Part shown: positions 38,506-52,605 of the stretch, piece after piece
Layout: each line of letters opens with the position of its first letter
Position numbering within the stretch: the stretch's first letter is position 1
Assembly: GCA_964016885.1 (NCBI GenBank)
Contig: OZ024750.1
Span: 55,056,001 to 55,120,000 of the forward strand
Source: Eledone cirrhosa
Taxonomy: Eukaryota
Direction of reading: 5' to 3'
DNA length: 64,000 nucleotides
The notes under the pieces: model-generated
Database searches by the model: none
The model's input: the letters and a program-made list of their open reading frames with translations, nothing else
What the model was told of the DNA's origin: nothing
Program-made: the position numbers and the translations under genes

Positions 38506-40142
38506 TATATATATACACATATATATATACACACATATATATCAGTGTACATATATATATACATATATATATATATATAAATGAATATTTATTCAATTTA
38601 AAGCGCCAATTATCTATATATAACAAGATATGAATTTTTCTAGGGATGGGGAAATTTTCAGTTTGTTTTTATATTTTCACTTCATTTTTTACTTTCTATT
38701 TAATACAGTCTTTGATCCAATATAATCCTGACAGTATTTGAACCAGTTTACCTCATATATATGTATGCACACACAACACTCAAGTTTCGCCATCTACTGC
38801 TATTTCATTCATATTTATTGTTTAATTAACTCTGGTCTAATTCATCAACTATTGTTAATTATATTATTACGTAGATTTCTTATAAAATCTAGTGCATATA
38901 TACGTGTATATATACAGGGAGACACTGTAATAGATGTAAAGAGAGTGGGAGATAGAGTTATAGAAGTAAAGAGAGGGGGAGAACTAAGCGGTAGATAGAG
39001 TAATAGATGTAAAGAGAGGGTTAGAACGTTCAACTTGACAGTCAGTACAATGTTCAGCATGGTAGCCAGTACATATGCCAACTACCCAACCGGCCAGCCA
39101 GCCGCATATGCGGTTGACTGGCCAGTTGGGCGGTTGGTATGTGGAACGTTCAACTACGCAGTCAGTACCAAAGTTCAACATTGTAGCCAGTGCATATGCC
39201 GATCGCAGCGCCCTCTTTGCTCTATTTTAATGACCTGGAACTAAGTAAAAAGAGTAGGAGATAACTCGACAAGAGCGGAGAGGGTGAGATTCGAACCATG
39301 TAAAGTCGTTGGCTCCTGAACTTCGTAAGCGGGGCTGCTACTGACTGAGCAGCGCCGGCAGCAAGGCAAATCGCGCATAAAATAACGCTTATATCGACAA
39401 AAAAAAAAAAAAAATTTCAATGTTGCACTCTTGTTTGTTGTTCTTTTATTTTACGTAAACATTTCGCTGCTCTAGCCTCTTATTTCCTATTAGATTACAC
39501 TTAATTCCATTAAACATTCATTCTTAGTCTCGTGGTAAACTATTTCATCTATATTTATATCGCTGTTACAGCCTTTTATTTCTACATCTATCACCTATAG
39601 CCACTGTTACGCCGGTAGTATAAGTAGCTTTATAACAAGAAACGATGATATAACTCCACAAAATGTCTTCTTGAGCAAGACACTTCACTTCATATTGCTC
39701 CAGTACACCGAGTTACACATAGACAGATACATACATACATACACAGATAGAAATGAGAGGTAGATAGAGTAAAAGATTTAAAGAGAGTGTGAGAAGTACG
39801 AGTTAGATAGTGTAAAAGATTTAAAGAGAGGGTGAGAGTGTGACACACATTTATCTGTCTATCTCTCTCTATTTTAACACCGGTCGTTATAATTAGTTTT
39901 ATAACACCGCTATATTACCGACATGAAAGAGGTAAATAATTATTTCTTAAATGTTTAGAACATGTTTCTCTTGTCTTCTTAAATGTATAGAACATGTTTC
40001 TTATTTATATTCTTAACATAGCTAGGACCTTATCTCATTTACTGGTCTCTACTTTTAGGACTTTGCTGGTCCCATGTGCCCTCCATGAAGACACACTCGC
40101 CCCTTCTCTCTCAGTCTCCGTACTAATTACTACACATACGTA

Positions 40143-42309
40143 TATATATTTATTTTAAGAAACCTTAATGACAAATAATATAAAGTGTTTGTAAAGTGGG
40201 GAAGAGTAGTTTTACGGTGGGGTTGTTATATAGATATCGTTTTTGCAGTGGGGTCGTGACTGGCGTATAATAATGAGTCACTGTTGATGTATATACAAAT
40301 CATGTTTTGGATATAAGTGAAGTTATTTAAGAGATTTAGTTGTTTTGTATACATTCATAACGGTACGCGATGGGACCCACCCACAGCCCCGGCAGACAGA
40401 ATGGAGAAGGCGTTTCCCCGGAGCACGGCAAGGGAGACGCGCTGGAAAAGCCACTCCAACTCGCGGGGCTCACACCTGCGACTGGCCAGCTCAGCGCCTA
40501 TGGTGGTGAGTAAGGAGGTAGCCCTGGGGCCGAGGACACCAGAAGTCTCCACTTCCAGGGGTACGACCGCAAACCTGTCGGAGAGTGAACGATATGTGAG
40601 GAGTTTGGCCCCCTCAGCCTGACGTGCAGCAGAACCTGGGCCAGTCGCAGACTGCACCAGGTTGCGGCTGCAGAAAGTGTCGGTGCAAGTGGCATCCCAG
40701 ACGAGGGGTTTGCCACCGCGGAACGGGAAGATGGTCATGCCATCTAGCCTTTTGCCGTCCCCTCGAGCTGGGAAGGGAAGCCTGCAGCGTCCAAGCCATG
40801 CTTAATGACTTCGTTGAGGGCAGCATGGCGTGGATTGCGGGTGGAGGCCGAAAGAGTCCATGGTGGAACGGCAGCGACATTGGTGTGAGGCCGAGCCTCA
40901 GGGAAACGCCGATGCGCAAGCTATTGTTGTCTAGCTGCGTGCGAGTGGAGAAGGAGGGCAGGGCATGGAGCCAGGCCCCACTGTGGGGTTTGGAGGCTGC
41001 ACGAAAACAAACAAGGCGGTGCTGGTCGAGCTGGCACGTGAGCCTGTCTGAGGCCAGGCTGCACTGGATGGCATCCCAAGTGTGTTGGGGGGGACTTGAC
41101 GTCAACAGGGGGAGAAGGAGGAGGAACGTCTACTGGGCTAAGTCCCAGCCGGTCCCACGTCTCACAGGCGGCGACGCGTTCTCTGAACACAGAGGGTTCT
41201 GTTGTGTTTTGAAGAACCCTGCTGAGGAGGACGTGGTACGAGGTTACCGACGAAAGATATGCCGGCAAAGCTAGTGAGATCGGGGACTGGAGGCGAAGGC
41301 CGCCATACCTGACAGGTAAAGTTGCATATCTCATCGGCTGCTGCTCGGATACAAGTTTAGGTGTAGCACAGAGTGTATAGAGGAGCTTCGGCATGGCGTA
41401 GCAGTTCCTCAGCAGAAAGAGAACTGGGTGGCCATCAATCAAGCCCAGTCGGCTCGTGAGAGTCTGGACTTGATGGAGGAGCGGATGGCCGGCGGGTGGA
41501 TCGGTGAGGGCATCCTCTTTGGGGGGTCACCTGAACCTGGCGGAGAATGGACCGCACGTCCAAGACGGAGACTGCAAAGCTTGCAGCATCGAGGCTGACA
41601 TTCACCACCTCCGACTTGGCTGAGTTGACCTGGAGGTCGATTCCCGCCAGGGCAGGAACCACCGATTGAAGGTCATGGCAGAACGCCTGTACGGGCCCAC
41701 CCAAAGTAGCATCATCCAGATACCAAACGTTGAGAGGGGCCGTTATACTCCAGGCGATGTGGTCAATACCAAGGGTGAACAGGAGGGGTCCCAAAGGGTT
41801 GCCCTGTTGGATCCCAGTAGCCAAGGGTATGACCGTATCAGCAGCATGGCGCATGCTTGGGGCTCCATATGACAGGTAGGCAGAGGGGGCTCGGCTGAGG
41901 CAGGCCTCGAGCAGATGATCCCAGCGTAAAGAGTTGAAGGCATTCCTCATGTCAAACTTGACAATGAGGTGGCTGGAGGCCCTGGATGCCGGTTCCGAGT
42001 GTTACGGACTTGCAGATTACCTTGGCAGCCAGCCTCCGGAAGACATTGCCCACAGCAATGGGGCGTATGCCATCCTCTTTCTTCCTGAGAGCGGTGAGGC
42101 TGGCCGAAAAAAAGAGGCCTCGAGCATAAGAGTCCAGGGCGCCATGGATGAGCCTATTGGTGAGCGCCACAATTGCACTCAGAAGGCGGCGCCCGGCCTC
42201 AGCGGAGAGGGGAGATATCAACTCCTTGAGGAGGCCTGGTCAGAGACCATCAACATCTCCGCAGCTGCTAGCTGGGAAGGACCTGATGGCGGACATGATG
42301 TCTGCATCA
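40143..42309 (-). mobile_element. CRE-like remnant, copy F (type 2)
   Basis: Same ORF pattern as copies C and E. Confidence 0.88.
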
Positions 42310-42981
42310 GAAGCCACAAGGAGCAAGTGTGGATTACAATACAAAACCTCTGAGAATGATTTCTAAGATATTTCACCATAATTAATTTTCATCAATATAT
42401 ATTAATATTATTATTGTTTATTAGGTCAGGTGGATTGGCCAGAACAATTCTACTCTTCTTTTTTAGATGTCACGATTTTTCATGGCATTCCTGAGATCAT
42501 TAATCTCCAGCTGGAGATCCAGAGACATCTGATGTATGTAGGTGAACCTCAGTCATCCCACTTGGCTCTTACTATGTTTAGGTATCCACCACAGGAGCCA
42601 GCTCATCAGGTCATCCTACCCTCAGCAGCAATGTCCAGCATCTATTGATTTCCGCTCCCTAGTTATTGTGGTAATCTTCGATATCTGGGAATATATTTCT
42701 TCTGCTTAAGGGAGTAATAAATATATAGTTTTAAAAAAAACATATATATACACACACATATATATATGTTGTCATTTATAAGAGTTCTCTATCAAAAGCC
42801 TTCTCTATGTCCAAAGCTAAGTATAGTGGCTTATTTTTCTCTAAGAACCTCTTTTGTAGTTGTCTCACTAAGAAGAGGGCATCTGTTGCACTTTTCAGCA
42901 GCACAAAACCAAACTGCATCTCATACACATACATACATATACATACATACATACATACATACATATACACATACATACATA

Positions 42982-43336
42982 CATCATCATCATCATCATC
43001 ATCATCATTTCGTTTTAAGTCCGCTTTTTCCCTGCTTGCAAGGGTGGGACGGGAACTGATTCTGGCTTGATTTCTACAGCTGGATGCCCTTCCTAACACC
43101 AACCTCATTTACAGTGAGTGCTGAGTGCTTTTTTGCCGTGGCACCTCCACGACCACTTTGCAGTGGAATGATATGGACCCCAGTCCCTATCATCTCATTT
43201 CTACAGCTGAGTAAACTGGAGCAATGTGAAATAAAGTGTCTTGCTCAAGGAAACAACACATCACCCGGTCTGAGAATTGAACTCACAACCTTTCGATTGC
43301 CAGGCTAATGCTCGAACCACTAAGCCATGTGCCTCC
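42982..43336 (-). mobile_element. tRNA-derived SINE
   Basis: Copy of 16000-16351. Confidence 0.88.
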
Positions 43337-43821
43337 ATATACATATACATATACATACACATACATATACATACATATATATATACATACATACATATAT
43401 ACACATACATACATACACATACATACACATATACATACATATACATACATAGATATATATATATACATAATATAAATATACATACATACACATACATAAG
43501 CATATTCACATAAGTATATATACATATACACACGTATATATACATATACATACATACATATATACACATACATACATATATACATACATACACACATATA
43601 TACATATACACATACATACATATACATACATATACACATACATACATATATATATATACATACACACACATATATACATACACACACATATATACAAACA
43701 CATACATATACACATATATACACATACATACACATACATATACATACATATACACATATACACTCATATATACATATACATACATACACACACATACATA
43801 CATATATACATATACATACAT

Positions 43822-44370
43822 AAAGACAAATCCACCTCATGGACGAGAATGCAAGGGCTCCTCCTCTTTGTTTTGGCCGCGGATGGCTAACCCTAACCCC
43901 ATCCCCGCTCCCCACTGCTCCCAACCTCCAAACGCAATCCAAAACTTCAGAGTTGGTACCATTAATGTAGGCACCTTATAGGGTGGCTCTAACGAGGTTG
44001 TAGAAATGCTTGAACGTAAGGAGGTCGATGTTTGTTGTATTCAAGAGACCAGGTGGAGGGGTGGGTCTGCTAGATTCATCGTGGGTAAAGAACGATGCTA
44101 TACGCTTTTCTGTGTGGCAAATGACAATGGGCTGGGTATACACATACCACCCCACCGCCCCACCGCAAAGTGGTCGTGGAGGCGCCGCGGCCAAAAAGCA
44201 CCCAGCCCACACTGTAAAGCTGACGTGGAGGTGCCACGGAAAAAAAAAAGCACCCAGCACTCACTGCAAACGGGGTTGGCGTCAGGAAGGGCACCCAGCT
44301 GTAGAAACCAATCCAGAATCAGCTCCCACCCCACCCTTGCAAGCATGGAAAAGCGGACGTATGATGAAGT

Positions 44371-44374
<4 letters not shown>
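43822..44374 (+). mobile_element. Bipartite non-autonomous RTE
   Basis: Copy of 16843-17395. Confidence 0.85.
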
Positions 44375-44433
<59 letters not shown>

Positions 44434-46070
44434 TATATATATACACATATATATATACACACATATATATCAGTGTACATATATATATACATATATATAT
44501 ATATATAAATGAATATTTATTCAATTTAAAGCGCCAATTATCTATATATAACAAGATATGAATTTTTCTAGGGATGGGGAAATTTTCAGTTTGTTTTTAT
44601 ATTTTCACTTCATTTTTTACTTTCTATTTAATACAGTCTTTGATCCAATATAATCCTGACAGTATTTGAACCAGTTTACCTCATATATATGTATGCACAC
44701 ACAACACTCAAGTTTCGCCATCTACTGCTATTTCATTCATATTTATTGTTTAATTAACTCTGGTCTAATTCATCAACTATTGTTAATTATATTATTACGT
44801 AGATTTCTTATAAAATCTAGTGCATATATACGTGTATATATACAGGGAGACACTGTAATAGATGTAAAGAGAGTGGGAGATAGAGTTATAGAAGTAAAGA
44901 GAGGGGGAGAACTAAGCGGTAGATAGAGTAATAGATGTAAAGAGAGGGTTAGAACGTTCAACTTGACAGTCAGTACAATGTTCAGCATGGTAGCCAGTAC
45001 ATATGCCAACTACCCAACCGGCCAGCCAGCCGCATATGCGGTTGACTGGCCAGTTGGGCGGTTGGTATGTGGAACGTTCAACTACGCAGTCAGTACCAAA
45101 GTTCAACATTGTAGCCAGTGCATATGCCGATCGCAGCGCCCTCTTTGCTCTATTTTAATGACCTGGAACTAAGTAAAAAGAGTAGGAGATAACTCGACAA
45201 GAGCGGAGAGGGTGAGATTCGAACCATGTAAAGTCGTTGGCTCCTGAACTTCGTAAGCGGGGCTGCTACTGACTGAGCAGCGCCGGCAGCAAGGCAAATC
45301 GCGCATAAAATAACGCTTATATCGACAAAAAAAAAAAAAAAATTTCAATGTTGCACTCTTGTTTGTTGTTCTTTTATTTTACGTAAACATTTCGCTGCTC
45401 TAGCCTCTTATTTCCTATTAGATTACACTTAATTCCATTAAACATTCATTCTTAGTCTCGTGGTAAACTATTTCATCTATATTTATATCGCTGTTACAGC
45501 CTTTTATTTCTACATCTATCACCTATAGCCACTGTTACGCCGGTAGTATAAGTAGCTTTATAACAAGAAACGATGATATAACTCCACAAAATGTCTTCTT
45601 GAGCAAGACACTTCACTTCATATTGCTCCAGTACACCGAGTTACACATAGACAGATACATACATACATACACAGATAGAAATGAGAGGTAGATAGAGTAA
45701 AAGATTTAAAGAGAGTGTGAGAAGTACGAGTTAGATAGTGTAAAAGATTTAAAGAGAGGGTGAGAGTGTGACACACATTTATCTGTCTATCTCTCTCTAT
45801 TTTAACACCGGTCGTTATAATTAGTTTTATAACACCGCTATATTACCGACATGAAAGAGGTAAATAATTATTTCTTAAATGTTTAGAACATGTTTCTCTT
45901 GTCTTCTTAAATGTATAGAACATGTTTCTTATTTATATTCTTAACATAGCTAGGACCTTATCTCATTTACTGGTCTCTACTTTTAGGACTTTGCTGGTCC
46001 CATGTGCCCTCCATGAAGACACACTCGCCCCTTCTCTCTCAGTCTCCGTACTAATTACTACACATACGTA

Positions 46071-48237
46071 TATATATTTATTTTAAGAAACCTTAATGAC
46101 AAATAATATAAAGTGTTTGTAAAGTGGGGAAGAGTAGTTTTACGGTGGGGTTGTTATATAGATATCGTTTTTGCAGTGGGGTCGTGACTGGCGTATAATA
46201 ATGAGTCACTGTTGATGTATATACAAATCATGTTTTGGATATAAGTGAAGTTATTTAAGAGATTTAGTTGTTTTGTATACATTCATAACGGTACGCGATG
46301 GGACCCACCCACAGCCCCGGCAGACAGAATGGAGAAGGCGTTTCCCCGGAGCACGGCAAGGGAGACGCGCTGGAAAAGCCACTCCAACTCGCGGGGCTCA
46401 CACCTGCGACTGGCCAGCTCAGCGCCTATGGTGGTGAGTAAGGAGGTAGCCCTGGGGCCGAGGACACCAGAAGTCTCCACTTCCAGGGGTACGACCGCAA
46501 ACCTGTCGGAGAGTGAACGATATGTGAGGAGTTTGGCCCCCTCAGCCTGACGTGCAGCAGAACCTGGGCCAGTCGCAGACTGCACCAGGTTGCGGCTGCA
46601 GAAAGTGTCGGTGCAAGTGGCATCCCAGACGAGGGGTTTGCCACCGCGGAACGGGAAGATGGTCATGCCATCTAGCCTTTTGCCGTCCCCTCGAGCTGGG
46701 AAGGGAAGCCTGCAGCGTCCAAGCCATGCTTAATGACTTCGTTGAGGGCAGCATGGCGTGGATTGCGGGTGGAGGCCGAAAGAGTCCATGGTGGAACGGC
46801 AGCGACATTGGTGTGAGGCCGAGCCTCAGGGAAACGCCGATGCGCAAGCTATTGTTGTCTAGCTGCGTGCGAGTGGAGAAGGAGGGCAGGGCATGGAGCC
46901 AGGCCCCACTGTGGGGTTTGGAGGCTGCACGAAAACAAACAAGGCGGTGCTGGTCGAGCTGGCACGTGAGCCTGTCTGAGGCCAGGCTGCACTGGATGGC
47001 ATCCCAAGTGTGTTGGGGGGGACTTGACGTCAACAGGGGGAGAAGGAGGAGGAACGTCTACTGGGCTAAGTCCCAGCCGGTCCCACGTCTCACAGGCGGC
47101 GACGCGTTCTCTGAACACAGAGGGTTCTGTTGTGTTTTGAAGAACCCTGCTGAGGAGGACGTGGTACGAGGTTACCGACGAAAGATATGCCGGCAAAGCT
47201 AGTGAGATCGGGGACTGGAGGCGAAGGCCGCCATACCTGACAGGTAAAGTTGCATATCTCATCGGCTGCTGCTCGGATACAAGTTTAGGTGTAGCACAGA
47301 GTGTATAGAGGAGCTTCGGCATGGCGTAGCAGTTCCTCAGCAGAAAGAGAACTGGGTGGCCATCAATCAAGCCCAGTCGGCTCGTGAGAGTCTGGACTTG
47401 ATGGAGGAGCGGATGGCCGGCGGGTGGATCGGTGAGGGCATCCTCTTTGGGGGGTCACCTGAACCTGGCGGAGAATGGACCGCACGTCCAAGACGGAGAC
47501 TGCAAAGCTTGCAGCATCGAGGCTGACATTCACCACCTCCGACTTGGCTGAGTTGACCTGGAGGTCGATTCCCGCCAGGGCAGGAACCACCGATTGAAGG
47601 TCATGGCAGGCCGCCTGTACGGGCCCACCCAAAGTAGCATCATCCAGATACCAAACGTTGAGAGGGGCCGTTATACTCCAGGCGATGTGGTCAATACCAA
47701 GGGTGAACAGGAGGGGTCCCAAAGGGTTGCCCTGTTGGATCCCAGTAGCCAAGGGTATGACCGTATCAGCAGCATGGCGCATGCTTGGGGCTCCATATGA
47801 CAGGTAGGCAGAGGGGGCTCGGCTGAGGCAGGCCTCGAGCAGATGATCCCAGCGTAAAGAGTTGAAGGCATTCCTCATGTCAAACTTGACAATGAGGTGG
47901 CTGGAGGCCCTGGATGCCGGTTCCGAGTGTTACGGACTTGCAGATTACCTTGGCAGCCAGCCTCCGGAAGACATTGCCCACAGCAATGGGGCGTATGCCA
48001 TCCTCTTTCTTCCTGAGAGCGGTGAGGCTGGCCGAAAAAAAGAGGCCTCGAGCATAAGAGTCCAGGGCGCCATGGATGAGCCTATTGGTGAGCGCCACAA
48101 TTGCACTCAGAAGGCGGCGCCCGGCCTCAGCGGAGAGGGGAGATATCAACTCCTTGAGGAGGCCTGGTCAGAGACCATCAACATCTCCGCAGCTGCTAGC
48201 TGGGAAGGACCTGATGGCGGACATGATGTCTGCATCA
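46071..48237 (-). mobile_element. CRE-like remnant, copy G (type 2)
   Basis: Same ORF pattern as copies C, E and F. Confidence 0.88.
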
Positions 48238-48901
48238 GAAGCCACAATGAGCAAGTGTGGATTACAATACAAAACCTCTGAGAATGATTTCTAAGATATT
48301 TCACCATAATTAATTTTCATCAATATATATTAATATTATTATTGTTTATTAGGTCAGGTGGATTGGCCAGAACAATTCTACTCTTCTTTTTTAGATGTCA
48401 CGATTTTTCATGGTATTCCTGAGATCATTAATCTCTAGCTGGAGATCCAGAGACATCTGATGTATGTAGGTGAACCTCAGTCATCCCACTTGGGTCTTAC
48501 TATGTTTAGGTATCCACCACAGGAGCCAGCTCATCAGGTCATCCTACCCTCAGCAGCAATGTCCAGCATCTTTTGACTTCCGCTCCCTAGTTATTGTGGT
48601 AATCTTCGATATCTGGGAATATATTTCTTCTGCTTAAGGGAGTAATAAATATATAGTTTTAAAAAAAACATATATATACACACACGTATATATATGTTGT
48701 CATTTATAAGAGTTCTCTATCAAAAGCCTTCTCTATGTCCAAAGCTAAGTATAGTGGCTTATTTTTCTCTAAGAACCTCTTTTGTAGTTGTCTCACTAAG
48801 AAGAGGGCATCTGTTGCACTTTTCAGCGGCACAAAACCAAGCTGCATCTCATACACATACATACATATACATACATACATACATATACACATACATACAT
48901 A

Positions 48902-48937
<36 letters not shown>

Positions 48938-49265
48938 TTCGTTTTAAGTCCGCTTTTTCCCTGCTTGCAAGGGTGGGACGGGAACTGATTCTGGCTTGAT
49001 TTCTACAGCTGGATGCCCTTCCTAACACCAACCTCATTTACAGTGAGTGCTGGGTGCTTTTTTGCCGTGGCACCTCCACGACCACTTTGCAGTGGAATGA
49101 TATGGACCCTAGTCCCTATCATCTCATTTCTACAGCTGAGTAAACTGGAGCAATGTGAAATAAAGTGTTTTGCTCAAGGAACCAACACATCACCCGGTCT
49201 GAGAATTGAACTCACAACCTTTCGATTGCCAGGCCAATGCTCTAACCACTAAGCCATGTGCCTCC
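48902..49265 (-). mobile_element. tRNA-derived SINE (more diverged allele)
   Basis: Copy of 16000-16351 with several private substitutions. Confidence 0.88.
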
Positions 49266-50094
49266 ATATACATATACATACACATACATACATACATACA
49301 CACACATACATACATACATACACATATACATACACATATACATACATATACATACATACATATATATATACATATACATACATACGCATACATAAGCATA
49401 TACACAAGTATATATACATATACATACATACATATACATACATACATACACACACACACATACATACACACACACACATATATACACATACATACATATA
49501 TACACATACATACATATATACACATACATACATATATACACATACATACATATATACACATACATATATATATACACATACATATATATATACACATACA
49601 TATATATATACACATACATATATATATACACATACATATATACACACACATACATATATACATACACACATACATATTTACATACACACACATATATATA
49701 TACATACATACACACATATATATATACATACATACACACATATACATACATACACACATATACATACATACACACATACATACATACACACATACATACA
49801 TACACACATATATACATACATACATATACATATATACATATATATATATACATACATACATACACATACATACATACATACACATACATGCATATACATA
49901 CATGCATATACATACATGCATATACATACATGCATATACATACATACACACACATACGTACACATACATAAAGACAAATTCACCTCATGGACGAGAATGC
50001 AAGGGCTCCTCTTTGTTTCGGATGGCTAACATAACCCCATCAGAAAAAGCCCCCATCAGCCAGTTTATTCTACTTGTGGCTTGTTCTCCTGCTC

Positions 50095-50305
50095 AGGCAG
50101 TAAAACGATGTGCTTGATTAGCATTTCGTCTGATTTGCTGTTGTTCCTTAATTTGTTGTTCTCGAGTAGCAGTAGTCCTTTGTTCCCTTTCATCCAAACT
50201 GTGTGCTCTTGGTAAAGCTGTTTGGGCTCTGTTAGCAGCTAGACGGGCATGCCAAACTTCTTCACTTTCTTCAGATCGCTGTATTTTCTTTCTCTTAGCC
50301 CTGAA
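50095..50305 (-). mobile_element. Possible Helitron RepHel N-terminal remnant
   Basis: RAKRKKIQRSEESEEVWHARLAANRAQTALPRAHSLDEREQR resembles the charged E/R repeats at the start of animal Helitron proteins. No Rep or helicase motif is seen. Confidence 0.35.
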
Positions 50306-50392
50306 GATGACCTTCCATATAATGATCTGGAAGGTTACCGGTATGACAAAAGGCTCAATGCAAGTTTTCAAGTGTTTTACAGAACCGAGATA

Positions 50393-50764
50393 CAAAGTGT
50401 TAAAATGATCAAATTTTACTTTAGAACATTTATTTGCTGACAATTGTTTCTTCCAGAGGGAAGTCTGGAATCATCGGAGCATAAGGAATGTTGAAACATT
50501 GCTTATAACTTTTATGCCTGTGATTTTTTTGCTTGTGCTTTTTACTTATACCTATTACACTTCCAACCAGTGCTGCCTGTAATTGTGTTCTTTCAAGCAG
50601 AACATCTTTTTAACTCCTGATTCTCCACATGATGCCTTTGACACTAATAACAATTATGTATCTTAAATGTTCTGAATGATAGGATTTTAGTAACATGTTT
50701 CTGGAAGAAACAATTGTCAGCAAATAAATGTTCTAAACTAAAATTTGATCGTTTTAACACTTTG
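50393..50764. mobile_element. MITE candidate with ~65 bp TIRs and TA flanks
   Basis: 50390-50457 is the reverse complement of 50700-50767 (2 mismatches in 68 bp); ta|caaagtg...cactttg|ta. Confidence 0.6.
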
Positions 50765-50796
<32 letters not shown>

Positions 50797-50808
50797 TGTA
50801 TATATATA

Positions 50809-52308
50809 CTCTTTTTACCTGTTCCAGCCATCCGGCTGAGGCTATGCTGGGGCACCGCCCTTGTTGCTACACATTTAATCTCCAGCCTGTATTGGTTGAC
50901 CACTGGTGCAACAGGGAGTTCATTGCTGCTGCCCTTAGGTTTCCCTCGTGCCTTGCTGTGGGCTCATCTAGGATCTTGTATAGCAAGGTGTCGACATGTT
51001 TCTTGAAGACATCCACACCATGCAGATCTCTCAGATCCCTTGGCAGCTTGTTGAAGAGTTGAGGGTCCTTGAACCCCAGACTTTTGCAATATCTGCTCCT
51101 TATTCTAGATATGGAAGACGGGATCTTTGGCACCACACAATGACGTCCTGTTCGGCAGTTGGTCCAGCTGCCAATGCCAAAGTTTGGTGCTAGTCCCTCC
51201 AGGATTTTCCACATGTAGATCACTGCGTATCTCTCCCGTCTTCATTCCAAGGAGTAGAGGTTCAGTTCTTTTAGCCTCGCCCAGTAGCTTATCTCCTTCA
51301 TAGTCACAATCTTCTTGGTGTAGCTTCGCTGGATTGCCTCAAGCTCCGTGGTTAGTTTGACACTATGGAGTGACCACAACTGGGAGCAATAGTCCAGGCG
51401 GCTTAGGACAAATGTCCTCCATAGTGTCAACATGGTGTCTCGGTCTCTTGTCCGGAAAGTCTTCAAGATCCAGCCAGCGAGTCGTCTGCACATTGTCGCC
51501 ACTTTCATGATGTGAGAGGAAAAAGATGCATCATCGCTCATGTCTATACCCAAGTCTCATATCGATTTTTACCCAGGGATATCGGTCATATCGGTCCCTC
51601 CTGGTCCGGTGTAACTGTGTTGTACTGTATTTGTGTTTGCAGGAATTGCGTAGCACTTGGAATTTGCCAGCATTAAACTGCATGTTGTTGTCTTCTGCCC
51701 ATTTGTATATGGCATACAGCCCTTGTTGTAAAAGGGCAGAGTCAGCCGGGTTTTTGATTTCCTGTGCTACCTTAGTGTCATCAGCATAGCTAGTGAGGGA
51801 TGTTGTTGTATGTACTACAGAGGGTATGTCTGAGAGAGCCACCAAAAACAGTAGTGGTCCCAGGACTGTGCCTTGGGGAACCCCACTTGTTATTGATAAT
51901 TCCTTTGAGAGGGCCCCCGTTTGCTGCGACTGTCTGGCTTCTTTCCTTTAAGAAGTCGTGCAGCCACTCACCTACTTTTCTAGTTATGGTGAGTCCGTGT
52001 AGTTTGTGACATATCATTCCGTGGTCGACTTTGTCAAAGGCCTTCGCAAAGTCCAGATATATCATGTCCACATGTGAGCTGTCAAGCAGTTGTTTCAGTA
52101 CCCAGTCTTAATGATGTAGCAGCTGTGTAAGGCAGCTTCTTCCTGGGTGGAAGCCATGCTGTGTGTTAGTCAGGCAGTCATTTTCCTCGAGGAAAGTGAT
52201 CAGTTTCTTTCTGACGATTCGCTCCATGACCTTACTGATATGTGACGTCAGGGAGACTGGCCTATGTTGTTTGGCTTCCGCTCTGCTACCTCCTATATGG
52301 ATAGGGCA
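50809..52308 (-). mobile_element. Degraded CR1-group LINE, RT through 3' end
   Basis: RPVSLTS, QHGF..GRSC, YLDFAKAFDKVDH, SYADDTK, RLDYCSQLWS and LYSLE motifs across frameshifts and stops. Confidence 0.88.
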
Positions 52309-52605
52309 CTTGTGAATGCAAGCTCACCTTTATCATTCTGGAAACACTTCTCTCCAATGACATCACAATTCTCTCTGACACACTGCCTCGTAATCTGGAA
52401 CACCTCCTGTTTCTGTTCCTCGTGTTGCAAAACATGCTTGAATTTCCTATCCTCTACCTCCCTTCTAGCTAAGTATACTTGTCGCCTAGCTTCCCTCCTG
52501 GTCTCTATGTAATGTGCCCTGTTCTTCCATTCTTTCCATGCCTGTCGCTTAACCTTAACTGCCTCATCTACCATATTGTTCCACCACCAAGTCACTCTCC
52601 TCCTC
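52305..52605 (-). mobile_element. RTE family-a internal fragment (EN-RT linker)
   Basis: TWWWNNMVDEAVK..REARRQVYLARRE..DVIGEKC matches ~9110-9417. Confidence 0.9.

Larger units (their letters stand above)
1..50041. repeat. Tandem macrosatellite block 1: ~5.94 kb composite unit (CRE copies A-G), interrupted twice by a ~5 kb foreign block
   Basis: The 127-aa endonuclease ORF recurs at 13367, 19312, 29117, 34415, 40355 and 46283. Simple-unit spacings are 5945, 5298 (deleted unit), 5940 and 5928. All flanking sequence recurs with it. Confidence 0.95.
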
